64,000 bases of DNA from Candidatus Kapaibacterium sp. (GTDB lineage Bacteria > Bacteroidota > Ignavibacteria > Palsa-1295), in contig JBDTCS010000080.1 of the NCBI GenBank assembly GCA_039923455.1, positions 12,079 to 76,078 on the forward strand, given 5' to 3'. Below, one piece after another: positions 18,408 to 28,158 of the stretch (positions are counted from its first letter, which is position 1; every line of letters starts with the position of its first letter). The notes under the pieces were generated by a model that was given only the letters and a program-made list of their open reading frames with translations, ran no database searches and was not told the DNA's origin. The position numbers were made by a program, and so were the translations under genes.

Positions 18408-18430
18408 ATCGATCGACCGCTCGATCCGAA

Positions 18431-18478
18431 GGATGATTTACAAAGAGTGATGTTTCGAAAGTTCGAGACATCACTCTT
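18431..18478. terminator. Terminator hairpin between convergent genes
   Basis: Stem aagagtgatgt / acatcactctt, then TTTTTCTTTTCT. Confidence 0.6.
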
Positions 18479-18505
18479 TTTCTTTTCTCACTCCAACACA
18501 ATTTC

Positions 18506-18904
18506 TTACTCCACTCCAAGTATCATGATGGGGAATTCCTTTTTTGTCACCCATTCATCCCTCTCGAGCGCCTGCATTGCGATCGAGGTGAATCCGTACT
18601 CTTGCAAATAGAGATCAGTGATGCGCTTATACCAAAGGACTTGTGGGCTTGTGAATTCGATAGTCCAGGTTTCGTTGCTCGGGTTGACCGTGCCATCTTT
18701 GAAAATGACGGCGATGCGTATCGTGATTGGTTTTTCGCTTGCGTGATCTTCGCTACGCCAGAGCGCCGCTATATCGACGCTGATTTTTCCGACGACAGGA
18801 ACGGTCGGCGTGTGCAATTCGAAGATGATGTCGCGCGCGTCGCAGAGTCCGTTTTCCTTTACGACAAATTCCTCACAACAGATTAGCCACGATACTTCAG
18901 CCAT
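18506..18904 (-). CDS. Hypothetical protein
   Basis: 132-aa ORF with no recognisable motifs. It sits between a terminator and arfB. Confidence 0.35.
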   Translation of the reverse strand: MAEVSWLICCEEFVVKENGLCDARDIIFELHTPTVPVVGKISVDIAALWRSEDHASEKPITIRIAVIFKDGTVNPSNETWTIEFTSPQVLWYKRITDLYLQEYGFTSIAMQALERDEWVTKKEFPIMILGVE

Positions 18905-18994
18905 AGTAGATTTTGAGAATGGGTTTTGAATGTTGATATTATCTGTGCAAAGTTACGAGGTAAAGTGGAGGGATGTGCGAGTGACGGGAATCGA

Positions 18995-19381
18995 TCAATC
19001 TTCTTCCTTCCTGCTTCGTGCTTTCTTTTTTGCCCCATGGATTTTCTTCGAGGCAATACGCGCTTCCTTGGCACCGCGGGTGGACTTCGTCGGTTTGCGG
19101 CGCTTAGGGCGTTTGAATCCATCGGCGAGTAGCTGCACGAGTTTACGCGTCGCTTCGGTCTTATTTCGAAGCTGACTGCGATGTTCTTGCGCGGTGATCT
19201 GCAAAACGCCGTCGGTGTCGAGCCTTGAGCTCAGGCGCTGCATCAGCCAAAGCCGGTCATCTTCGCGAATGCTGGGGCTATGCGCAAGATCAAACGTTAG
19301 TTCAACTTGCGTCGATGTTTTGTTGACATGCTGACCGCCCGGTCCGCTCGAACGGACGAAGCGAAAATTTATTTCGGCCAT
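18995..19381 (-). CDS. arfB: Alternative ribosome-rescue factor ArfB (YaeJ), a peptidyl-tRNA hydrolase
   Basis: SSGPGGQHVNKTSTQVEL (GGQ motif) and a basic C-terminal tail RPKRRKPTKSTRGAKEARIASKK align closely with E. coli ArfB. The ATG at 19381 (MAEINFRF) is preferred over the longer track ORF. Confidence 0.8.
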   Translation of the reverse strand: MAEINFRFVRSSGPGGQHVNKTSTQVELTFDLAHSPSIREDDRLWLMQRLSSRLDTDGVLQITAQEHRSQLRNKTEATRKLVQLLADGFKRPKRRKPTKSTRGAKEARIASKKIHGAKKKARSRKEED

Positions 19382-19467
19382 CGGAATTCGGAGGTTTGGC
19401 GTGACCTCTATTATATTCTGTCGTTCTGTCTCCTCGCTATTCACGCGACCTTCTCGCTTGTTATTCG

Positions 19468-19836
19468 TTACGCCGTCTTAAAAAACACTCGCACGTAACC
19501 AACAAAGATGAGGAAAAGAACGATCAAATGCAATCCGATCCGAATCAGCACTCCTCCGCCGCGATCGAGGTTTGCGATGAACTCCAGAATGAATTCGATT
19601 ACAGGTTCCAGCACGCGCACAGCTAATGCGAAGATTCCGACCACACCGATCATCAGCAATAGCGCCTTATAATAGGAATCCAGTTGCAGCGTCGTGATCA
19701 TGTTCCACATCACGCCCTCGGCCAAACCGAGCAAGAGCGCGCTCTCGAGCAAAATAAAACTTCGCCGTTGTGGTACAGCGCGCACAACCGGATTGCTGTG
19801 TACTCGCGGACTTACCTTCTTTTTTGATGGTGGCAT
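19468..19836 (-). CDS. Small integral membrane protein (hypothetical)
   Basis: Three predicted transmembrane segments. Basic N-terminus. Confidence 0.35.
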   Translation of the reverse strand: MPPSKKKVSPRVHSNPVVRAVPQRRSFILLESALLLGLAEGVMWNMITTLQLDSYYKALLLMIGVVGIFALAVRVLEPVIEFILEFIANLDRGGGVLIRIGLHLIVLFLIFVGYVRVFFKTA

Positions 19837-19914
19837 TATTTGTTGTCGCCGTGATATATTCTGCTACGAATATACCGAATGCAACACGGCTCAGGAGCGT
19901 ACGTGCAAAACCAA

Positions 19915-20667
19915 TCAATAATATCCTACTTGCACAGAAAGCAGTGCACCGTAATTTGTGTGCAATTTATTTATGTCAGCAAAAAGCGTGACACCCAAAC
20001 CGAGAAACGCGAACGGAGAGTAACTCGCTTGTATTTGAATCGGCACACCTATACCACCATCGTAGCTGTTCGGTGGAATTGCTCCGGTACTATCGATCGG
20101 TGGTGGGAAGCCGCGACGAAAGCGGGTACGGACCGAATACTCTTCGTAGCCTAAGCCAAGCGAGAATGCTGCGTAAAATCCATCGCCCTCTGGAGCGAGA
20201 AATCCAAGATCATATCCGCTGATCGCGTAGCCGTACAAGAGATCGAACTCATGATAGCTCGTGCGACTCGCACCGCGACCCGTGCTGCTCGCGCTCATAA
20301 AACTTGCGCTATAGACATCACTCCCGCGTTGATACGCAACACTGCCACCCATTGCAAGCGGAAGCGCATCCTTAAAAGCAAGATTGCCTCCCACCCCAAA
20401 GATGCCACGAAAGTGATCATGCTTCCGAATTGCCCGAGGTGGCAATCCGCGGCCCGGCTCAATCTCATCGGTAACCACGTCCTTGGTAACAACGTCTTTC
20501 GTGACAACGTCCTGTGACGCAGAACCGGAATCGAAAAAAGAGCTCAAACCCGCACGATCAATCTGCTGTGCGTGTGCGACCGGAATGAAAAAGACCGGAA
20601 GGAGCAGGAGCGGCCCGAGAGCCAATGCGATTAAAAAGTAGAAACCTGAATTAATTTTACTAACCAT
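19915..20667 (-). CDS. Hypothetical outer-membrane beta-barrel-like protein
   Basis: ATG at 20667 gives the signal peptide MVSKINSGFYFLIALALGPLLLLPVFFIPVAHAQ (the track start at 20691 is TTG). Contains a DVVTKDVVTKDVVTD repeat and Gly/Tyr-rich alternating strands. Ends in ...VQVGYY. Confidence 0.4.
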   Translation of the reverse strand: MVSKINSGFYFLIALALGPLLLLPVFFIPVAHAQQIDRAGLSSFFDSGSASQDVVTKDVVTKDVVTDEIEPGRGLPPRAIRKHDHFRGIFGVGGNLAFKDALPLAMGGSVAYQRGSDVYSASFMSASSTGRGASRTSYHEFDLLYGYAISGYDLGFLAPEGDGFYAAFSLGLGYEEYSVRTRFRRGFPPPIDSTGAIPPNSYDGGIGVPIQIQASYSPFAFLGLGVTLFADINKLHTNYGALLSVQVGYY

Positions 20668-20895
20668 CCTCAAAGCCAAGTGTAGATTCAATTCTATATA
20701 TATCTTACATCAAAACGAGCTAAATGCTCCCTATAATAAGACACTTTTCGGACGCAGTTTGCACAGTTGTAGCTCGAATCATTTTTTCGGGCAACCTCAC
20801 ATCCGAAACTCCGAGCTATTCTCCGCGTAGTTTTGCAGTTCAGCGGCAGAACGTCCCAACGCTTGGGAGCATCACACAATCAGCTTTTTTCGCTT

Positions 20896-22308
20896 ATGCA
20901 AAGGTATTTTCTTTCCTCGTCACTATTCCTGCTCCTTCTGGCAGGATCAGTTCTTGGCACGACTAATTCGTGCGGACAAACTTTGAAAAAGCAGCGAATG
21001 ACACCCGTCACGAGCAAAAGTATTTTTCAAAAAAAGACTTTAGCTAACGGACTGGAGATCATCGTAGTCGAGAATCATCTCGCACCGATCGCGACCGTCG
21101 TCTATGTTGCCAAGAACGGATCATTCACCGAACCGGATGAATTCGCCGGACTCTCGCATTTGTACGAGCACATGTTCTTCAAGAAGAACAAAGTGATCGC
21201 AAGCGAAGATGACTTCAACGAACGCAACCGCGAACTCGGCATGTCGAACAATGCATCGACAGGTGAAGAGGTCGTCGAGTATCATTTCACGATGCCGGCA
21301 GCACAACTCAAAGAAGGCATTGAGTTTATGTCATTCGCGATCAAGTCACCCGCGTTCGACTCCGGTGACATCGAGCGTGAACGTGAAGTTGTGCTCGGTG
21401 AGTTCGATCGGAACGAGGCCGATCCGTTCTTCGCACTATCTCGTGCGACAGACAGCGCAATGTGGGGCGATCTGCTTGTGCGAAAGGAGCCGCTCGGTCA
21501 ACGACCTGTGATCAAAGCCGCGACGCCTCCGAAGATGTTTGCGATACAACACAAGTTCTATATTCCGAATAATTCTGCGCTCCTGATTTCCGGTGATGTC
21601 GATCCGCAACAAGTCTATAAACTTGTTGAGCAATATTTAGGTGATTGGGAACGCGGACCTGCCCCGTTTCCAACATATTTGCCGCCACCTTTTGCGCCAC
21701 TGAAAAAACAGCTTATCGTTCGAGAGGCGCCGGATGTGCCGATTGTGGCGGTGTCACTCAACTACTTCGGACCGAGTGTGGGCAAAGACGATGAGAATAC
21801 GTATTGTGCCGATCTATTCTCGACGATCGTTAACAGCAGCACTTCGCATCTTTACAAAGCGCTCGTCGATTCCGGACTTGCGCAAGTTGTTAGCATGAGC
21901 TACTACACCCAACAGAATACCGGACCAATCACGATACAACTTCAGGCGGTACCATCGAAGGCAAAGCCGGCAATCGCGAAATTGCAGGAGGAGATGACAC
22001 ATTGGATGTCACCGGATTACTACACCGATCAGGAAATGCATAACGCAGCCGAGAAACTTGCAATTCAACGATTATATGATCAAGAGAACCCAGCGAGTTT
22101 CATAACATCATCCGGTTCGTTCGCTTGGGCGATCACTGGTCTTGATTACTACACGCATTACATCGAAAATGTACGGAGCGTGACGCGAGAGCAGCTCAAT
22201 CAGTATCTCGCAAAATATGTAATCGGCCAACCGTACGTTATGGCTGTCGGGGCAAGCAAGCCAACGCTCGATGCACTCCAACTCAAGGCAACGGAGGTAT
22301 TGAAATGA
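20896..22308 (+). CDS. M16 (pitrilysin/insulinase) family zinc peptidase, catalytic subunit
   Basis: Inverted zinc motif HLYEH (HxxEH) followed by NASTGEEVVEYHF. Signal peptide from the ATG at 20896. Confidence 0.8.
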   Translation: MQRYFLSSSLFLLLLAGSVLGTTNSCGQTLKKQRMTPVTSKSIFQKKTLANGLEIIVVENHLAPIATVVYVAKNGSFTEPDEFAGLSHLYEHMFFKKNKVIASEDDFNERNRELGMSNNASTGEEVVEYHFTMPAAQLKEGIEFMSFAIKSPAFDSGDIEREREVVLGEFDRNEADPFFALSRATDSAMWGDLLVRKEPLGQRPVIKAATPPKMFAIQHKFYIPNNSALLISGDVDPQQVYKLVEQYLGDWERGPAPFPTYLPPPFAPLKKQLIVREAPDVPIVAVSLNYFGPSVGKDDENTYCADLFSTIVNSSTSHLYKALVDSGLAQVVSMSYYTQQNTGPITIQLQAVPSKAKPAIAKLQEEMTHWMSPDYYTDQEMHNAAEKLAIQRLYDQENPASFITSSGSFAWAITGLDYYTHYIENVRSVTREQLNQYLAKYVIGQPYVMAVGASKPTLDALQLKATEVLK

Positions 22309-23654
22309 GAACTACACAAATCACCAATCTACAATCTTTCATGAAGCGTCGTAGCGGCCTACTCACTGTTCCCCTACTTGCGGTTTTCTTGCTATGTGCA
22401 GTCACACCGACGGTTCAAGCACAAGTGCAGGATTTCAAAGTCGATGGTATTCACGTAATCTTGCAGCCGTCAAAGGCCAATCAGATCGTCTCGGTGCTTG
22501 TTGGCATCGAAGGTGGGTATGGTCGCGGAGAAACGGAGAATCCGGCATTGGCGGATATCACCGCCAATCTAACAATCGCAAGTGGCTCGGAAAAATATCC
22601 GAAGAACACCTATCGTGATGAACTCTCGCGACTTGTCAGCTCGATCTCCGCAGGTGCCGGTTCGTACAGCACCACGTACTCACTCTCTTGCGTCAGACCG
22701 AAGTTCGATGAATCTTGGAATATTTTTTCGGATGTCATTCGAAATCCACTTTATGACCAAGACGAACTGGATCATTTGAAGGAGCAATTGGTCACCGAAA
22801 TTCTTGGCCGTAAAGCTGAACCCGAAGGCTACGCATCGTTCATGGTCGATAGCATTTGGTCTGCCGGGTATCGCACAGGACGTATCGTCGAGGCAGTAGA
22901 TGTTCAGGCCGTCACGACAGAATCTGCGAAGGCATTTCACGACAAAGAGATCGAGCGTTCGCGCATGACGATTGTTGTGGTCGGCGATATCACAGCGGAT
23001 ATTTTGAAAGCGAAAATCCACAAGGATTTTGGGCCTGTCAAAGCAGGCACGTATAAGCATCAACCGTTCGACAAGATACTCGGCAATCAGCGCACAGATC
23101 TGGTTGTCGATGATCGTGTCGTTCCGACAGCCTATATCTTTGGGCGTTATCGTGGCATCGGCCGCAAAGATGCGGACTACTTTCCGTTGCTCATCGGTGC
23201 ACTGATCCTTGACGACAGACTCTACGAAGAGGTGCGCACGAAACGCAATCTGAGCTATGCACCTCATTCGAGGCTCGGCGGTCGCGGTGGTAATTATTAC
23301 GGCTCGATCAGCGTGTCGACTACGATGCCGGACTCTACGATCAATGTCATCACTCGCGAGCTGAATAAAATTCGCACCGAAGGCGTGACACCAAAGGAGT
23401 TGAAAGACAGACGTGCCGAGTTCATAACGGAATTCTATATGGCTGGGCAGACAAATCTCGCCCAGGCGTTCCGATTGTTCAACGCAGAGATGGAGACGGG
23501 CAGTTGGAAGAACGCGCTCAACGTGCTACCGGAGCTAAACAAGGTCACCGTTGCTCAGGTGCAGGCCGCGATGGCGAAATACCTGCACAATGTACTATGG
23601 ACGGCAGTTGGTGAGCGCTCCAAAATGGATCGGAAGCTCTTTCTCTTCCAATAG
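22305..23654 (+). CDS. M16 family peptidase, non-catalytic partner subunit
   Basis: Overlaps the upstream gene (ATGA). Signal peptide. M16 fold-like sequence lacking HxxEH, which is typical of a heterodimeric partner. Confidence 0.7.
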   Translation: MRTTQITNLQSFMKRRSGLLTVPLLAVFLLCAVTPTVQAQVQDFKVDGIHVILQPSKANQIVSVLVGIEGGYGRGETENPALADITANLTIASGSEKYPKNTYRDELSRLVSSISAGAGSYSTTYSLSCVRPKFDESWNIFSDVIRNPLYDQDELDHLKEQLVTEILGRKAEPEGYASFMVDSIWSAGYRTGRIVEAVDVQAVTTESAKAFHDKEIERSRMTIVVVGDITADILKAKIHKDFGPVKAGTYKHQPFDKILGNQRTDLVVDDRVVPTAYIFGRYRGIGRKDADYFPLLIGALILDDRLYEEVRTKRNLSYAPHSRLGGRGGNYYGSISVSTTMPDSTINVITRELNKIRTEGVTPKELKDRRAEFITEFYMAGQTNLAQAFRLFNAEMETGSWKNALNVLPELNKVTVAQVQAAMAKYLHNVLWTAVGERSKMDRKLFLFQ

Positions 23655-23686
23655 GGTTAGTCTCTTTTCAGAACCAATACCGGATC

Positions 23687-24157
23687 ATGAAAAGAACAAA
23701 CTTTCTGTTTTTGCTCGCTTTTGCTATCGTGACGACTGCGGCTTTCCTATCGTGGGGCTGCAGTTCGACACAGGATATTCACAAAGGAGCGGTGAAGTAT
23801 GATATTGCTAAGATCGACACGAATCACGGCCTTGGGTATCCTTACGAGTTCAATCGAGCGTTCGATCTTCGCAAGGCAAAGCTCTTCGAGCCTGCTGCCT
23901 ATGTCTATATAAATCTCTATCCAAAATTCAAAGATAGCGTTGTACATCAGTGCATCGAGATGGAGGATGAGGTTCGCGCGTTCGATACGAATTACTCGGT
24001 GCCCTACTACATTCGGCAATCGCTTGCCACCGAAGGCTTGCAAGATCCGGAGATCGTGAATCACAAGACGATGCAAGTCAATAAGCCCGCGCTGAGCGTT
24101 CGTTACAAGTGGGCGGATGGCTTGCTCGAAGATCTCTATCAGTACGGCATCAAGTAA
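23687..24157 (+). CDS. Hypothetical lipoprotein
   Basis: Lipobox AAFLSWGC. 156 aa. Confidence 0.45.
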   Translation: MKRTNFLFLLAFAIVTTAAFLSWGCSSTQDIHKGAVKYDIAKIDTNHGLGYPYEFNRAFDLRKAKLFEPAAYVYINLYPKFKDSVVHQCIEMEDEVRAFDTNYSVPYYIRQSLATEGLQDPEIVNHKTMQVNKPALSVRYKWADGLLEDLYQYGIK

Positions 24158-24195
24158 TCGTAAGTAGTGTAGCAGTCAGAAATTTGAGAAACGAA

Positions 24196-24228
24196 AAAGC
24201 CCACGCATCAAATGCGTGGGCTTTTTTC
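24196..24228. terminator. Bidirectional rho-independent terminator
   Basis: Stem aaagcccacgcat / atgcgtgggcttt flanked by A-run and T-run. Lies between convergent genes. Confidence 0.75.
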
Positions 24229-24256
24229 CTGGTGTCCGGTCTTTCGACCTAAGATC

Positions 24257-24952
24257 TTACAATACCAATCCGTTCGTCTCAAGTGCAGCGCCTGCCTCGT
24301 CACCTTCGGTAAGGATCTCTCCTCCGTCCGGATGGCTAGACTTTCTGTGGCGCTCTTCCTCGACATTGTAGCCGCGAACGCGGGCGTACTCGATCAGCTT
24401 GTTCCGCAAAAGCTTTCTGCCGCGGTGCAAACGTGAACGCACTGTCCCTATCGGGCAATCGACAAACTCCGCAATCTCCTCGTAGGTGAATCCTTCGATA
24501 TCGCATAGGATCACCACAGTCCGGAAGTCCTCCGGGAGAGATTCGACAGCGCGTGTCAGATCGTCATCTAAAAGATTACGATAGAGCTTCGCCTCCATAT
24601 CGTTCGGATCGGTATATTCCGAACGGATGGTGTTGTAAAAATTTTGAATGTCTTCGTAATCAACTTTATCCGGCTCTTTGCTCTCTTTGCGATAAATGTT
24701 GATGTACGAGTTCTTCATGATGCGGAATAGCCACGCCTTGCAGTTCGTGCCAGGCTCAAACTTGTCCCAGAAACGATAGGCCTTCATGTAGGTCTCTTGT
24801 AAGAGATCGTTGGCATCGTCGGGATCACCTGTCATTCGAAGTGCGAAGTTATACAGCGCATTAATATGCGGCATAGCTTCACGCTCGAAATCACGGTGGC
24901 GGTCCCGTATTCCCTTCTCATCCAATTGGTTCAGCATCAATCCGTAACTCAC
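24257..24952 (-). CDS. ECF-type RNA polymerase sigma-70 family factor with a roughly 45-aa C-terminal extension
   Basis: Region 2 (DANDLLQETYMKAYRFWDKF) and region 4 HTH (FTYEEIAEFVDCPIGTVRSRLHRGRKLL). Extra acidic tail ...HPDGGEILTEGDEAGAALETNGLVL. Confidence 0.8.
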   Translation of the reverse strand: MSYGLMLNQLDEKGIRDRHRDFEREAMPHINALYNFALRMTGDPDDANDLLQETYMKAYRFWDKFEPGTNCKAWLFRIMKNSYINIYRKESKEPDKVDYEDIQNFYNTIRSEYTDPNDMEAKLYRNLLDDDLTRAVESLPEDFRTVVILCDIEGFTYEEIAEFVDCPIGTVRSRLHRGRKLLRNKLIEYARVRGYNVEEERHRKSSHPDGGEILTEGDEAGAALETNGLVL

Positions 24953-25858
24953 TTGCTCTTCTCCAGCTTACCTATCATTTCCTCACCGGGGAATTTGTCC
25001 CCTATTCACCACTCGCGCCTGTAATCTATATCAGGCAGCCTTTCCACGATCACTCGAATCCCAATACTCCCGAAACCTATTCTTTTCGGCAGATTTCCAC
25101 GTTTTTGCCCCTACAGACTCCCACTTACTACATATACGTACTGAGCGCTTCCTCAGATGTTCGATCTGCCGTCTTTGGCAGTCTGTCGTTGATACCGATC
25201 CAGGTGTTTAGCCTTTTACGGTATTTTGGGCTGGTTTTCGACATTCATGGAGCATGCCTGTCGAAACTCTCGACCGGGATTCTTTTTGAAGAGCCCGGAT
25301 GTTGTCAAATGTCATTGCGGAAAACCTATGACCACTTAATAAGAGCGGCAAAAGTACGAATTTTTTTGCCGTTTGGCAACTTTTTGGTCAAGATTACTTC
25401 AATTTTATTCCTAATTTCTCCATTTTCGCTCGTTCTACTCTATTTACGCCGATTTATTGTTACAACGAGTTTCGTAGACTGTTGTATTCGTAAACTCGCC
25501 TCGGATGTTTCATACTTGTCTCACTCGCCCCGGTATACCTCACGGCAAACTTGGTACCAGTCCTTCGCCGCTTTAGTTTAAGACACGCAATCGCTATTTT
25601 CTTTCCCAGCTAGTCCGTAGTATGAGATATTATTCACGGAGTTCGAGCGCGAAACGAGATGCACTCCTATATATAACGCTTTAAAGTGCCGAGAGTCACA
25701 GCTTAGCTTTCGAAAATTTTTACGAGGTTGTTCAAATGCACCTCACAAAGCGGGATTGACATTTTTTCCGCGTGCGTGGATTTTGGAGTAATCGATTCCA
25801 ATAGAAAACTTGGGGCTCCCCTCGGGTACCTGATTAACAGAGCGACTGCTCTTAAGTT

Positions 25859-27976
25859 ATGAATCGATACAAAACACGCACAACGAATATGAAAGCGCAA
25901 CACTTCACTCCAAAACTATTTCCGCAGCACTCGAGTAACTCCACGCAGTCTGAGACTCTTACACGTGCAAGCTCCGGCTTGATCTTTACACTATTCGCTT
26001 TATGTATGCTCTATATCGGTGTCCCACCGGTTTTGGCACAGACAGGTGCACTGCAGCTGAGCGTACACATTGCCCCAACAGGTTCGCCACTCAAGAAGGC
26101 TTACGTACGATTACTTGAGACGAACCAGTTAGCAATCACCGACGCGAACGGAATCGCTTGGATCAGACGCATTGCACCAGGAAGCTATACAGTTGAAGTA
26201 AAGCGGAAAGGATTTGGCACGCAGCGCTTCACGACTGTCGCAATTGACGCCGGGGACACGACGTTAATCGCAATCGCATTGGTGAGCGGACTCACCGACA
26301 CGATCTGCGCGACTGCATACGCAAAGACAGATAATATTTCCCGATTTGCAATCTCGGAGACCAACGAATCCAGTGCTGACTACGCCCCAATTGAGAAGCG
26401 TCGAGCTAACGAGAGTGGCGGTTCCGTTGTAGCAAACCGCGGATCAGTTACGGAGAGACAACAAATACTCCGCCTAACTCCCGGGGTCATTAGCGATGAC
26501 GCAACAATGGTCAGACGGTATATGCCGAATCCTGCGAGCAACGAGGAATATCATAAGCTCAATGATAACGAATATCTTGCAGCAAGAACGAATCCACTCT
26601 CGACATTCTCGATCGACGTGGACGTCGCCTCGTACGCTAATATTCGTCGCTTCCTAACTGCCAACAGCGCACCGCCGATCGATGCAGTTCGAATCGAGGA
26701 GATGGTGAATTATTTCAAATATGATTATCCGCAACCGACCGGTAAAGATCCATGCACGATCACGACCGAAGTTGCCGCGTGTCCATGGAACAGCGCACAC
26801 TCCATTATCGGTATCGGAGTGCAAGCTCGAGAAATCGCAAAGCAAGATCTACCGCCGTCGAATCTTGTTTTTCTGATCGATGTCTCTGGCTCGATGATGC
26901 CCGATAACAAGCTGCCGTTACTTAAGCGTGCGTTTCGGTTGCTTGTAAAGGAACTGCGCGCACAGGATCACGTCGCGATCGTTGTCTATGCCGGCAACGC
27001 CGGACTCGTACTGCCATCGACTTCCGGTACGCAAAAAGAGAAGATCATCTCCACGCTTGAACATCTCGAAGCTGGCGGATCGACGGCAGGCGGTGAAGGC
27101 ATTCTCCTTGCGTACAAAATCGCAAAAGAAAACTTCAACGCAAATGGCAACAACCGAGTCATCCTCGCGACTGATGGAGATTTCAACGTTGGACTTACCG
27201 GCGAAGGCGATCTTGTTCGCATGATGGAAGAGAAACGCAAAGAAGGAGTCTTCCTTTCTATCCTTGGCGTCGGCGAAGAAAACCTGAAGGACTCTCGTAT
27301 GGAGCAGATCGCAGATCAAGGAAACGGCAACTACGCGTACTTGGATAATATTCTCGAAGCGGAGAAAGTGCTCGTGACACAAATGGGTGGCACACTTTAC
27401 ACGATTGCAAAGGATGTTAAGATACAGGTCGAATTCAATCCTACAAAAGTCAAGGGTTATCGATTGATCGGCTATGAAGATAGAATGTTAGCAAAAGAAG
27501 ATTTTAATAATGACCAGAAAGATGCCGGTGAACTTGGCTCTGGACATACCGTGACTGCACTCTATGAATTGATACCGGCGAGTTCGAAAGAGGAAGTGCC
27601 GCAGAGCTCGGTGGATTCGCTAAAGTATCAAAAACCGGAGGCGCTCCCGACGGTGAGCACGTCGAACGAGCTACTGACCGTGAAACTGCGCTACAAAGAT
27701 CCTAAGGATACTGTGAGTAAGCTGATGGAGCATGTTGTCGCAAGCGCAGACGTTGCGAACATCAACGCGGCATCGGATAATTTACGATTCAGCTGTGCGG
27801 TTGCAAGCTTTGGTATGCTTTTGAGAAATTCAGAATTCAAAGGAGATGCCACATTAAGCTCGATCAAAGCTCTCGCCGATGGTGCTCGTGGACGAGACGC
27901 CGAAGGCTATCGCGCAGAGTTCATCCAAATGCTCAAACGTTACGAACTCATTCAAAGCGAGGCTGCTGCCAAGTAG
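25859..27976 (+). CDS. Secreted von Willebrand factor A (vWA) domain protein with an N-terminal CarboxypepD_reg-like domain (YfbK-like)
   Basis: Long n-region then an h-region GLIFTLFALCMLYIGVPPVLAQ. Ig-like domain (ITDANGIAWIRRIAPGSYTVEVKRKGFG). vWA MIDAS motif (LVFLIDVSGSM...ATDGDFN). Confidence 0.75.
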   Translation: MNRYKTRTTNMKAQHFTPKLFPQHSSNSTQSETLTRASSGLIFTLFALCMLYIGVPPVLAQTGALQLSVHIAPTGSPLKKAYVRLLETNQLAITDANGIAWIRRIAPGSYTVEVKRKGFGTQRFTTVAIDAGDTTLIAIALVSGLTDTICATAYAKTDNISRFAISETNESSADYAPIEKRRANESGGSVVANRGSVTERQQILRLTPGVISDDATMVRRYMPNPASNEEYHKLNDNEYLAARTNPLSTFSIDVDVASYANIRRFLTANSAPPIDAVRIEEMVNYFKYDYPQPTGKDPCTITTEVAACPWNSAHSIIGIGVQAREIAKQDLPPSNLVFLIDVSGSMMPDNKLPLLKRAFRLLVKELRAQDHVAIVVYAGNAGLVLPSTSGTQKEKIISTLEHLEAGGSTAGGEGILLAYKIAKENFNANGNNRVILATDGDFNVGLTGEGDLVRMMEEKRKEGVFLSILGVGEENLKDSRMEQIADQGNGNYAYLDNILEAEKVLVTQMGGTLYTIAKDVKIQVEFNPTKVKGYRLIGYEDRMLAKEDFNNDQKDAGELGSGHTVTALYELIPASSKEEVPQSSVDSLKYQKPEALPTVSTSNELLTVKLRYKDPKDTVSKLMEHVVASADVANINAASDNLRFSCAVASFGMLLRNSEFKGDATLSSIKALADGARGRDAEGYRAEFIQMLKRYELIQSEAAAK

Positions 27977-27998
27977 CAAACGCTGGTAAGCCATCTTA

Positions 27999-28043
27999 GA
28001 ATAGGACGGATAGGTCAGATAAGACCGATCCGTCCTATTTTTG
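27999..28043 (+). terminator. Rho-independent terminator after the vWA gene
   Basis: Stem aataggacgga / tccgtcctatt, then TTTTT. Confidence 0.65.
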
Positions 28044-28158
28044 GTAGGGCACAAATCCATCCCCTTTGCATCTTCGGAATCAATTTTCTTAGCGGCCCTG
28101 TTGCCAAATTAGAAGAAAGTTCGATATTCCGGTCACATTGTTTTTTGGGGTAACTCTT

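Noticed and set aside
25750-25795. Sigma-70 promoter (TTGACA at 25756) upstream of the vWA gene
   Set aside because: No acceptable -10 hexamer sits at 16-19 bp spacing. The host lineage probably uses non-E. coli promoter consensus, so I did not annotate it.
25859-27976. vWA protein as the membrane anti-sigma factor of the divergent ECF sigma
   Set aside because: The N-terminus looks like a cleavable signal peptide with a long n-region, not a cytoplasmic anti-sigma domain followed by a transmembrane helix. The pairing is noted only as a neighbourhood observation.
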